A DNA stretch of 32,000 nucleotides from Allobaculum fili (GCF_020969955.1 NZ_JAHDSX010000008.1:1-32000), one strand, 5' to 3'. Counted from the first letter of the stretch, positions 15,702-23,703 are shown. Program-made: numbers and translations. The notes: generated from the letters alone by a model not told the origin.

Positions 15702-16999
15702 TTGATATCTCCTCCATTCCATGCGGGATGAGCTGGCGTCGGCTGAGCTTTAGCGACTGTCACCACTGTTCCATCTTCGATGATGATTGAGCACTCATCC
15801 CCGGTTGAAACTCGTGTGGCGATCGCCTGCAGACCCTCAGCTTCAAGCCACTGGCCAAACTCTTCCATGGTCTGCTGATCCATCTGTTCGAGCTTGTCCA
15901 GGAGGACGAAGCCGCAGTTTGGATTCATTGCTCTGCAGATTGCTGCTGAGACTTTCAGCTGATCCGAGCCGCTCATGTTGTCCCAGCGCCGCCCTTTGTA
16001 GAGAATCTCGCCGTTTTCAACAGTCAGATCCGGCAGCGGAAGCGATGCAGATCTAAGCAGATCTAGTCGCTTTGCCCGGATCTGATCAATGTCATTGGAC
16101 AGCGTCTGATACTGAAGGACGAGATCTTCGGCTTCTTTGAGCGCTTCCGATCTGCTGCGATTTGTGCGGATCTGCTGATTCTTTGAGTCAATTTCACGGA
16201 GGTTTTTCTCCAGTTCTTCCGTACTCTCGTCATACAGATCGAGCGCGTCACGTCTGGCCATTTCCAAGTCAGAAAGAAGTTTTGAGAGATCCGCCTTTGC
16301 TCGTTCAAGCGCCTGCTCTGCATCAGCAACGTTCTGCTGATACCTAGGGAGCAGCTGCTCGTACTTGCTTACGTTCTGGCGCTTGCGTGCGTTGTCCGCA
16401 TTCTTAAGCAGGATCTCCTGCTGACGCTGAATCAGATCGGCGGCGCTGAGCTCAACTTCTCCTACTCCAGGGAACTGCGGCATTTCTTCAGCGTGAGCTT
16501 TTTTGGCTCGTGCCTGACGGCCGACCCATGTCCGCTGATCAAATAGTTCCTTTTCTTCTTTTTCCATCTGTGTAAGCTGATCGCCTACGCCGATAATGGA
16601 AAGCAGATACTCCGCTTTTTCTTTGGAAGTAGCTTCCATGAAGCGCGGAATGTTCAGCGCCATTTCTCCGATAAGAGAGTCCAAGATTTTCTGGCCAGAT
16701 TTCTGACCAGTCGGATCTGTGACCTTGAGGTCAGAATTTTTGCCTTTGCGCTCAACGATCAAGCCGTTGCTGAGCGTGATCTTGATTTCTGGATCTTGTA
16801 CGGATCCAGCGCGATGGGGATCTGAAGGTTTCAGCTTGTTGCCGCCAAGCCCCCAGGCGATTGCATCAAGAACTGATGTTTTGCCCTGATTGTTTCGCCC
16901 GCCGATGATGGTCAGTCCATTCGGTGACGGCTCAAGCTGTACTGCTTTGATCCGCTTAACGTTTTCTGCTTCAAAGCTGGTGATTTTTACTGTCATCAC
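15695..16999 (-). CDS. SMC/Rad50/SbcC-like ATPase (AAA_23) with central coiled coil
   Basis: 434 aa. N-terminal Walker A GGRNNQGKTSVLDAI. Long coiled-coil middle. C-terminal signature/Walker B region SGSDQLKVSAAICRAM...FVLLDKLEQMD. Ends WNGGDIKW. Confidence 0.75.
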   Translation of the reverse strand: MMTVKITSFEAENVKRIKAVQLEPSPNGLTIIGGRNNQGKTSVLDAIAWGLGGNKLKPSDPHRAGSVQDPEIKITLSNGLIVERKGKNSDLKVTDPTGQKSGQKILDSLIGEMALNIPRFMEATSKEKAEYLLSIIGVGDQLTQMEKEEKELFDQRTWVGRQARAKKAHAEEMPQFPGVGEVELSAADLIQRQQEILLKNADNARKRQNVSKYEQLLPRYQQNVADAEQALERAKADLSKLLSDLEMARRDALDLYDESTEELEKNLREIDSKNQQIRTNRSRSEALKEAEDLVLQYQTLSNDIDQIRAKRLDLLRSASLPLPDLTVENGEILYKGRRWDNMSGSDQLKVSAAICRAMNPNCGFVLLDKLEQMDQQTMEEFGQWLEAEGLQAIATRVSTGDECSIIIEDGTVVTVAKAQPTPAHPAWNGGDIKW

Positions 17000-17009
17000 T
17001 GTTTCCTTT

Positions 17010-17174
17010 CTATTCGTAGATGAATACGAGGCAGATCAGCTGCCAAATCCATCTAACAATTACAATCACGCCGACGATTTCGAGGGCGTATCTAACGAGC
17101 TCACCGACCGTCATGCTGTCGTTCTCGACTCGGTCGGCGAAGTTCTCGCAGAACCGGATGATTTTCTCTTTCAT
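17010..17174 (-). CDS. Small C-terminally anchored membrane protein (54 aa), hypothetical
   Basis: Hand-translated: MKEKIIRFCENFADRVENDSMTVGELVRYALEIVGVIVIVRWIWQLICLVFIYE. Strong RBS GGAGG upstream of ATG 17174. Below the ORF-track length cutoff. Confidence 0.4.
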   Translation of the reverse strand: MKEKIIRFCENFADRVENDSMTVGELVRYALEIVGVIVIVRWIWQLICLVFIYE

Positions 17175-17186
17175 GCGTCCTCCTTC

Positions 17187-17396
17187 CTATGTCGATGCTC
17201 TCCAGCGCTTGATTGCGCCCTGGAGCTGAAACGCTTTGATGATTTCGTCGGTCAGGTATCCGAGTTCTGTTTTGCGAACTCCCTGCTCTTTAAGCTTCTT
17301 GTTTACTGTCGGCTTTGATCGGCCAATCAGCAGGCAGACTTCTTTGGTTTTCAGGTATGGCTGGTCAAGAATTGCCAGTCGCTCTTCGTTGGTCAT
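17187..17396 (-). CDS. Small HTH DNA-binding protein (possible excisionase or early regulator)
   Basis: 69 aa. YLKTKEVCLLIGRSKPTVNKKLKEQG resembles excisionase/MerR-type HTH. RBS AGGAGA. It is the second gene of the early lytic operon after cro. Confidence 0.45.
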   Translation of the reverse strand: MTNEERLAILDQPYLKTKEVCLLIGRSKPTVNKKLKEQGVRKTELGYLTDEIIKAFQLQGAIKRWRAST

Positions 17397-17428
17397 CTCT
17401 TCTCCTATTTGCTTATATGCATTTTCTA

Positions 17429-17443
17429 TTGCCTTTACGCAAT
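17429..17443. promoter_or_regulatory. Distal operator-like site (exact copy of the switch-region 15-mer)
   Basis: TTGCCTTTACGCAAT is identical to 17699-17713. It overlaps the cro stop codon, 270 bp from the switch region. Confidence 0.45.
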
Positions 17444-17647
17444 ATTGAGGTCAAAAAAAATTTCGCACGCTTCTTTCGCAGTCAGGCCAAGTGTATCGAT
17501 GATAATTCTGATTTCATTTCGGGTGAAATCGCTCTTTCCGGACTTTTTCCGTGAATATGTCGATTCATCAATTCCGAGAGCGTCAGCCATCTTGCTTGAT
17601 GTATACCCTTTTCGTTTGGCCAGATAATCAAGTTTTAAGCTGTCCAT
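17435..17647 (-). CDS. cro: Cro-like XRE-family HTH regulator
   Basis: Start moved to ATG 17647 (MDSLKLDYLAKRKGYTSSKMADALGIDESTYSRKKSGKSDFT), preceded by AAAGGAG. Divergent from the repressor gene. Confidence 0.7.
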   Translation of the reverse strand: MDSLKLDYLAKRKGYTSSKMADALGIDESTYSRKKSGKSDFTRNEIRIIIDTLGLTAKEACEIFFDLNIA

Positions 17648-17690
17648 TTGATCGTCTCCTTTCATGTCTAAAACTAAGTGAAGCATCTTC

Positions 17691-17719
17691 AGTATAATTT
17701 GCCTTTACGCAATTTACAA
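17691..17719 (-). promoter_or_regulatory. Putative early lytic promoter (-35 TTGTAA, 17-nt spacer, -10 TATACT)
   Basis: On the minus strand, TTGTAA lies at 17719-17714 and TATACT at 17696-17691. The spacer is occupied by the 15-bp operator-like repeat. Confidence 0.45.
17699..17713. promoter_or_regulatory. Operator-like site in the cro/cI intergenic region
   Basis: TTGCCTTTACGCAAT has TTGC..GCAA dyad ends. It lies inside the spacer of the putative lytic promoter. Confidence 0.5.
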
Positions 17720-17757
17720 GGCCTATCCGCAAGTTATTGGCGAATACGTAAATTTAC

Positions 17758-17772
17758 TAGCGTTTACGCAAT
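17758..17772. promoter_or_regulatory. Operator-like site (13/15 match) upstream of the repressor gene
   Basis: TAGCGTTTACGCAAT compared with TTGCCTTTACGCAAT. A weaker copy, gcctatccgcaag, lies at 17721-17733. Confidence 0.45.
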
Positions 17773-17811
17773 CCCATTGTGTAAACTGATAGACAAATGA
17801 AGGAGGTAATT

Positions 17812-18171
17812 ATGAATATTGGAGAGTATTTGCGCGCTCGCCGAGAAGAAAAGCGACTGACCATATCAAAAGTAGCAGAATACGTTGGAGTCAGCGAAAG
17901 TACAGTTTCTCGCTGGGAACGCGGAATGATCGGCGAAATGGGCAGAACAAAAATTGCGAAACTATCAGAAATACTGGAAATCTCACCAGCAATAATCGTT
18001 GGTTTTGATGATTTCTCTAAATCAAGTAAAACAGTTCAAACGCAGTCATTTGCTGGCAATGTAACCATAGCGAACGGATCAATCAATCAGAATTTGCAAA
18101 TGTCTGATCACGAACTATTAAAAAAGATATTTGAGCAGAACAACTTAATTATCGAATTACTTAGAAAATAA
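17812..18171 (+). CDS. cI: CI-like XRE-family repressor, no S24 peptidase domain
   Basis: Start moved to ATG 17812, because the upstream ATG lies within the RBS GAAGGAGG. The HTH is LTISKVAEYVGVSESTVSRWERG. 119 aa. The C-terminal half lacks any Ala-Gly or Ser/Lys autocleavage signature. Confidence 0.8.
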   Translation: MNIGEYLRARREEKRLTISKVAEYVGVSESTVSRWERGMIGEMGRTKIAKLSEILEISPAIIVGFDDFSKSSKTVQTQSFAGNVTIANGSINQNLQMSDHELLKKIFEQNNLIIELLRK

Positions 18172-18240
18172 AAAAATTCCCTGAAGTGCTGGCCACACTA
18201 CAGGGAAAGTATCCAATCGCGACGAAAGGACATTGATATT

Positions 18241-19320
18241 ATGGCAATTCAAAAAGAGAAGTTCAAAGGCAAGATGCGTTATCGCTTCAGGACGTACTAC
18301 GATACTCCAGACGGTATCCATCGCCAGAAAAACTCAAAGTGGTACGATTCAAAGAAAGAAGCTGAAGCAGCAGAAAGAGAATTTTTAAGTCAGCCAGTCC
18401 AGGCTGAAAAGAAGGGCAAGACTTTCTCTAAATTGATGGATGCGTGGATCCTGGAAGGTGGGAGAGATAATACTGCCGCAACCAGAGATGATAAGCGCCG
18501 GATCCTGACTCTGTATTGCCAGTCAATCATGGATAAGAACGTTTTCACTATTACACCAGCGGACATTCGAAGCATTTTGGAAGATGAGCACTTCATCACT
18601 CTTTCGAGCTACCGGAAGAACAAGCTCTACACCGATCTGAACGGATGCCTGGAGTACGGCTGTGTCCATTGGGGGTTGCCAAGGAACCCGTTAAAGGGAT
18701 TTCCACGATTCAAGGAAACAACGAAAGAAAAGCTGAAAGAAGTTGAGATTCTTGATCGTCACCAGTTCGCGGAGTTTCTTGGAGCAATTCCGGATAATCA
18801 TCAGATCTACCGCGATCTGTTCTTCTGGCTGTACTGGACAGGTATGAGAGCGAACGAAGCGATGTCTCTGACGTTCTCAGATATCCAGCGAGGCCGCGCT
18901 AAAGTCTGGCGGCAGTGGGATAAAGATACAAGCGAATTCAAGCAGCTGAAGACCAAAGGAAGTGTGCGGGCTGTTCAGCTCGACGATGATCTTCTCGATG
19001 TCGTCGATCGGATCCGGGAACATTACGAAACCTTCGTACACTTTTCCGAAGACTGGTTCATCTTCGGCGGACCTCGTCAGCTTGCTTACACAACTGTACA
19101 GCGAATCAAGAACAAAGCGCTTGATGATGCAGGCCTGCCAAGAGTCAAGATTCACAGTTTCAGACACTCTCATGCGTCCAATCTGATCGACGCTGGAGTT
19201 CCGCTTTTCAAGATTTCGAAGCGTCTTGGGCACTCTTCAGTGTCGATGACAACGGACATTTATGGGCACCTTTTGCATGAAGAAGACGACGATATCATGA
19301 ACGCCCTCAAGTTCAAATAA
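18241..19320 (+). CDS. int: Tyrosine site-specific integrase
   Basis: 359 aa. AP2-like arm-binding N-terminus. Catalytic region WTGMRANEA ... HSFRHSHASNLIDAGVPLFKISKRLGHSSVSMTTDIYGHL carries the R..HxxR..Y pattern. Confidence 0.9.
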   Translation: MAIQKEKFKGKMRYRFRTYYDTPDGIHRQKNSKWYDSKKEAEAAEREFLSQPVQAEKKGKTFSKLMDAWILEGGRDNTAATRDDKRRILTLYCQSIMDKNVFTITPADIRSILEDEHFITLSSYRKNKLYTDLNGCLEYGCVHWGLPRNPLKGFPRFKETTKEKLKEVEILDRHQFAEFLGAIPDNHQIYRDLFFWLYWTGMRANEAMSLTFSDIQRGRAKVWRQWDKDTSEFKQLKTKGSVRAVQLDDDLLDVVDRIREHYETFVHFSEDWFIFGGPRQLAYTTVQRIKNKALDDAGLPRVKIHSFRHSHASNLIDAGVPLFKISKRLGHSSVSMTTDIYGHLLHEEDDDIMNALKFK

Positions 19321-19356
19321 GACATTTTTAAGACATTGGACTAATCAAAATAAAAA

Positions 19357-19377
19357 AGCCCCTTATATAAAGGGGCT
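19357..19377 (-). terminator. Rho-independent terminator downstream of tRNA-Pro
   Basis: An 8-bp stem agcccctt/aaggggct with a 5-nt loop. On the minus strand it is followed by tttttatttt. Confidence 0.5.
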
Positions 19378-19386
19378 GAATATTCG

Positions 19387-19463
19387 TGGTCAGGATGGCG
19401 GGATTTGAACCCGCGCTCTCTTGGTCCCGAACCAAGCACTTTACCAAACTAAGCTACATCCTG
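19387..19463 (-). tRNA. tRNA-Pro (anticodon CGG), CCA encoded
   Basis: Minus strand: CAGGATG-TA-GCTT-AGTTTGGTA-AAGT-G-CTTGG-TTCGGGA-CCAAG-AGAGC-GCGGG-TTCAAAT-CCCGC-CATCCTG-A-CCA. All stems pair and the anticodon loop UU-CGG-GA is standard. Total length 77 nt. Confidence 0.85.
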
Positions 19464-19912
19464 TCGTGCGTGATTTATATTATCACTTTATTTTGAAAAG
19501 GCAATGAATTGATCCAGAATTTTTTCACTTTCCAGTTAGACGATTTTAACCTAAGTCATTCCATCCAGACATTAGCATTCCAGTTAGCCAGGAGGTATTC
19601 GAGAACATACAAGTTTGGACTGACAGACCAGACAACAATACAACAATATCGAGATAACACATGTTCATTCCTTCCAAATCTGTCAGTGCTCGCTCCATTC
19701 AGTTCACTGTCTTTTCCAGGAAACCCGAACATTTTCCCTTTTCACCCTCCCTGCCCTTCCGGCAATTCAGACCGCGTTAAGTCTTCGCATATGACGAATC
19801 GTATGCGGATTTTGCTTCTTTTTGAAAGAATGATGTGATCTTTTACTATTGTCGTTATTACTTTGAATTGTAACTGTTAACTAAATGGAAGATCCCGGAA
19901 AGGAAGAAAAAT

Positions 19913-20848
19913 ATGAAGAACAGCTACAGATTCAGGGGCATCTGCCTGATCAGCGTCATGGCTCTGTCAGGATGTGCTCAGACTTCTTCAGCCGATCAGC
20001 AGGAGCGTCCCGCCCAGAATGAAGACAGCCTCCTTGCCGCCAGTCAAAGTGAAGAAAGCTCCTTTTCAAATCCTTTTGAAAGCACAGGGCGGTCACAAAG
20101 TACAGTGGACTGGCAAATCGGCCGCTATGAAGTTCAAAAATCTCTGTAAGCCTATTCCGACTTTAAAGACGGGAAAGGGTTTGGTGTAATCATGCCTACC
20201 TATTCCGGAGGCGACATGGTCGATATCGTGAAATTTGTTTCCGAAGGCAACTCTGTCTGGGCACAGACGAAGGAAGACTTCTGGATCTGTACAAGCGATG
20301 CCGGAGGGACGTACCTGATGAGCTGGACAGACGAAGATGAGGTTCGCCAGAACATGATGGATCGAATCGGCGGTGTCTAGCACGGCAATCAGGCGGAATG
20401 GGTCTTCCGTGATAATGAAGTGGAAGTGACTCTTGATGACAGCAATGGTTTCCACTCTGGCGAACGGGACAGTACCCTGTGGAGCATTCGGGATGAGAAC
20501 TCCATCTATTTTCGAGATGTCATTTTTAACACTACCACCCTGCCCGATGGCGATCTGCTGCTTGAAGAAACGCAGGGAATTAACACCTTTCGTCTAAGAA
20601 GAAACCTTCCCGATCCTGGCACAAATATTCTGACCAGCGATCTCGAAGGATATTCCGAACCCGATCTGGCATCGGATACAGACAGCGGTCTGAAATTTCC
20701 AGCAGGCGCTTCCGTTCTGCTTGCGGCTTTCACTGTAGACCTGGACGGCAATCTCTGGGGATACTGCTACACTCCAGGTACATTCACCCCTGAGGTATGG
20801 CTGCTTTGTCAGGAAGCGAATGGATACTGGAATATCCGTGGACGATAG
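19913..20848 (+). pseudogene. Lipoprotein gene interrupted by two in-frame stop codons
   Basis: A single reading frame of 311 codons. It starts with the signal peptide and lipobox MKNSYRFRGICLISVMALSGC. It is broken only by TAA at 20147-20149 and TAG at 20378-20380. The three track ORFs (19913, 20192, 20420) are all in the same frame. Confidence 0.5.
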
Positions 20849-20857
20849 AAAGGAAAA

Positions 20858-22115
20858 ATGCAGAAAATGAAGCGAATGAAAAAGCGGTACTGCTCATGAT
20901 GGTTCTGACGATGACTGGATGTACTTCAGCAAAACCAAAAGATACTTCTGCTCAGCCAGAGGAACAGCAGTCTTTCACGCAGCCGACAGCGAGCGCAGAA
21001 GAAAATTCGAATAAAACGGTTTTTGCTGCTAAAGCAGATTTGGGAAAACTGGATGAACATCCCAAACGCTTTCAGGATCAGGGATGGATTATCAAAAAGG
21101 ACGGTCTGTATGGATAAGTCGATCAGAATGGAGAAACCGTCGTCGACTGTCAGTACAAAAATATGCAGTATTTCACCGGCCCAATTTTTCTCATATTGAA
21201 TCCCGTCTTCTGATCAATGACGACGATTGGGATCACTCCGCCCTGCTTCCTACAGCGCTGCCGCCAGAAGGCGCGTTTGGAGGAGGCGGCACGGCCCAGA
21301 CGCAGCGCTACTATCTGACAGACGACCACAGCGTCATTCTCAGAGATTATACGGGGGCTCTGCTCAGTTCTCCGACCTTCGCGCCGTCTGCGATGATGCG
21401 TCTCCGTATGGATGGTACAGAAGTGGAGGATGAAGCCAGCTCAGAATACTACCTATGGCTGCCGGAATTCGATCAGATCAGCGGGCCGTACAGTCCAGAC
21501 CAGGCACTCTGTCTGGGTCAGGAAACAACAGCGAGCGGACAGTCAACCGCCTATATAAGACAGGAATTATCGAATCTGCTTTGCATTCACGCCGGTCAAG
21601 AGTATATGCTGCTCAATGCCCGCGTAAATAAGGCCGTCCTTGGCTTTGACCAGGGCGACTTTGTGGACTTCGATGCCATTGCCGGCAAAACCGGCGAAAC
21701 CTGGTATTTGTTTGATGAAAATCTTGATCCGATCTATTGCGCCGACATTGAGAGCGGCGCTATGCCGATCGGTTCCAATGTTCCGATTCTCCAAAACGGA
21801 ACCTGGCAGCTTGTGGATCTTAATGAGCTGCAGAATGCCAGTTATTCCAGCACTAAAGAACCCGAAATCGTAGAGCCCTATTTTGAAAAAAAGAACCAGA
21901 CAGCACTTGCCGGTTATCTGACCAATTACGATATGACGATACGCAGCCAGCCTGACCGTTCTTCCGCAGACACAGGTCTCTGCAGGGCAGGACATTATCT
22001 TCTTGTTCAGGAAACCTCGCAGGCCAAAGACGGATCGTTATGGGGCAAACTCTGGGATGGTCGGTATATCTGTCTGCAGGATGATGAGTATATGTACGCG
22101 CGCCAGTGGATCTGA
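20858..22115 (+). pseudogene. WG-repeat/SH3b-like lipoprotein gene with two homopolymer frameshifts and one in-frame stop
   Basis: The start MQKMKRMKK runs out of frame at the A5 run 20879-20883. With A6 it would read MKRMKKAVLLMMVLTMTGC, a signal peptide plus lipobox. TAA at 21115-21117 falls inside a WG-type repeat (KKDGLYG*VDQNGETVV). The T5 run 21185-21189 separates frame 1 from the long frame-0 ORF (a T6 run would join them). The C-terminal part is SH3b-like. Confidence 0.5.
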
Positions 22116-22405
22116 CGTGTTCCGATACGAGCACTTTTGAAGAACGTTTTGAGGATATTATTATCGACCACTATATGTGGCTGAACGAACCTTCTGGATT
22201 CTATTCCTGTATCACAGATGTTCAGCAGAACGGCCCTGTATTCACCTGTACCCTTCGTTATTCGGACGGTGAGGAAGAAGTCGCAAGGCGCAAAGCAGCC
22301 GGCCTCATGGTCTCCGCAAACGTTGCCGTGATGGACGTGTATGTCAACGTTTCAACCGGTGCTGTGAGCGATTCACTGCATCAGGATGACTGGAACTTCA
22401 AATAA
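22106..22405 (+). CDS. Small ORF (GTG start) or detached C-terminal fragment of the preceding decayed gene
   Basis: 99 aa with no convincing RBS. It overlaps the previous ORF by 10 nt. Part of the sequence (VYVNVSTGAVSDS) feels PepSY-like. A good terminator follows. Confidence 0.3.
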   Translation: MDLTCSDTSTFEERFEDIIIDHYMWLNEPSGFYSCITDVQQNGPVFTCTLRYSDGEEEVARRKAAGLMVSANVAVMDVYVNVSTGAVSDSLHQDDWNFK

Positions 22406-22421
22406 AAGCCAATCCAGCCGG

Positions 22422-22456
22422 AGTTCGGATTTTGCAGATCCGAACTTCGTTTTTTC
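22422..22456 (+). terminator. Rho-independent terminator
   Basis: A 9-bp stem agttcggat/atccgaact (22422-22430 / 22438-22446), followed by tcgtttttt. Confidence 0.6.
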
Positions 22457-22480
22457 CTTGTCCTGTCTTTCGTTAAAAAC

Positions 22481-22569
22481 AAAAAAAACGGATGAATGGA
22501 AAGCGTAAAGGCAGCAAGAACGGCCAAACGAGGCCCTCAGCTGCTGCATTTACTGTTTTCATTCATCCG
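22481..22569 (-). terminator. Compound long-loop hairpin with U8 tract downstream of the lipoprotein gene
   Basis: A 10-bp outer stem cggatgaatg/cattcatccg (22489-22498 / 22560-22569) encloses inner helices gcagca/tgctgc and ggcc/ggcc. On the minus strand it is followed by T8 (A8 at 22481-22488). Confidence 0.4.
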
Positions 22570-22648
22570 ACTTTCTCAGAACGACAGGCTTGTGCAGCTG
22601 TGTCCAGCGAAAGAAAGCGCAAATTTCTAAGTAAGAATTCGCGGAAGA

Positions 22649-23182
22649 TTATGGCTTCAGCGCACTGAACTGATCCATGAGAAATTTCTTGGTGGTTACG
22701 GAATTGGTGAAGGCCGCATAGATGCATTTGCCCTGCTGACGAATCAGCCAGCTGGTTTCCGGCATGGCAATCCAAACTTCCTGAATATGCTCCCCTTCTT
22801 TTGAAAGCTCATAGGCGCTTTCTTCTTTTGGAAGGAGATACGCAAACGCTTTGCCGGCGGCTTCTTCGTCCGCAAACCAGGCGCAGACAATCCCCATTTT
22901 TTCACCTTGTTCGGTAGAGTACTGCCCCATAGTCAGGTTTGTGGGGGTACTATCTCCAAAAATCGAGGTGCTGCCTGGCTGTCCGACTTCCACATACCAT
23001 TCGGCATTGGAAAGTATGGAATTCAGGGTGTTCTGATCCAGGACCGGAACAAGATCGGCTTTTGCGACCGATACGGACGAAACCGAAGATTGGGAAGAAA
23101 GAGAAGATGAACGATCCGAATGAGAAGAACAGCCGCCAAGAACGAGCAGACCGCCTAAGAGGCATACGGGAATTCGTTTCAT
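22649..23182 (-). CDS. Lipoprotein, hypothetical
   Basis: Start moved to ATG 23182, because the track's GTG start lies within the RBS AAGGAGG. MKRIPVCLLGGLLVLGGCSS is a signal peptide plus lipobox. A Ser-rich linker follows. 177 aa. Confidence 0.7.
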   Translation of the reverse strand: MKRIPVCLLGGLLVLGGCSSHSDRSSSLSSQSSVSSVSVAKADLVPVLDQNTLNSILSNAEWYVEVGQPGSTSIFGDSTPTNLTMGQYSTEQGEKMGIVCAWFADEEAAGKAFAYLLPKEESAYELSKEGEHIQEVWIAMPETSWLIRQQGKCIYAAFTNSVTTKKFLMDQFSALKP

Positions 23183-23608
23183 TTTCTTTCCTCCTTTCAC
23201 ACTGAGATGCCAACAGGGTTTGCGAACCCCTGAAAGCGGGAATAGTTTTTTATACCCCGTTTTCTTTTCGAAAAGCGGGCCTCACCTATTTTATAGAATT
23301 TCTTTAAGAAAATCATCCTATCCGTTTTTCCGGTCCTGACCAGGCTCCTTACATTCTGTTTGCATCCTGGCAGAACGTTTAAAATACAGATCTCTTCATT
23401 AAAGGGATACAAATTCATTCCCTTCCTTTTCTCCTTGCAAACACCATTTCTAAGCCTCTTACGCGTCTTTATTTCGTCTGAATTGTGCTGCCGTCCCCGG
23501 ATCTGATAAAGCATCGGATCCCGCATAAATCGGGAAATACGAATCCGTTTTCTGCAAATTTCCAGATTTCATTTTAAAGGTGAGGTATACGCGCTAGATT
23601 AATACCAT

Positions 23609-23654
23609 ATTCATTTTTTTGATTCCAATCCATTCATTTTTTTGATTCCAATCC
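23609..23654. repeat. Perfect tandem duplication, 2 x 23 bp
   Basis: ATTCATTTTTTTGATTCCAATCC occurs at 23609-23631 and again at 23632-23654, about 50 bp upstream of the transporter start codon. Confidence 0.9.
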
Positions 23655-23703
23655 GCAATAAGAGAGAGGTCACTCGTCTTTTGGCGGAACTTCTGGAGGT
23701 TTT

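Larger units (their letters stand above)
1..19400. mobile_element. Temperate prophage (partial; left end lies outside the window), integrase end abutting tRNA-Pro
   Basis: Contiguous head-morphogenesis, packaging, late-regulator, replication/recombination, cro/cI switch and tyrosine-integrase modules. The integrase stop at 19320 is 67 nt from the 3' end of a tRNA-Pro gene. The exact att boundary cannot be placed because the second att copy is not in the window. Confidence 0.85.

Noticed and set aside
19509-19838. 109-aa plus-strand ORF in the tRNA-Pro to lipoprotein intergenic region (similarly the 109-aa ORF at 23197-23526 on the minus strand)
   Set aside because: Neither has an RBS, and their composition is odd. 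Both lie in AT-richer promoter-like intergenic DNA. They are most likely non-coding.
19913-22405. Stop-codon reassignment or phage suppressor-tRNA readthrough as the explanation for the in-frame TAA/TAG codons
   Set aside because: TAA, TAG and TGA all terminate confidently called phage and host genes in this window. The phage tRNA has anticodon UGA (Ser). The tRNA-like element has no anticodon loop at all. Two frameshifts in the same locus also point to decay.
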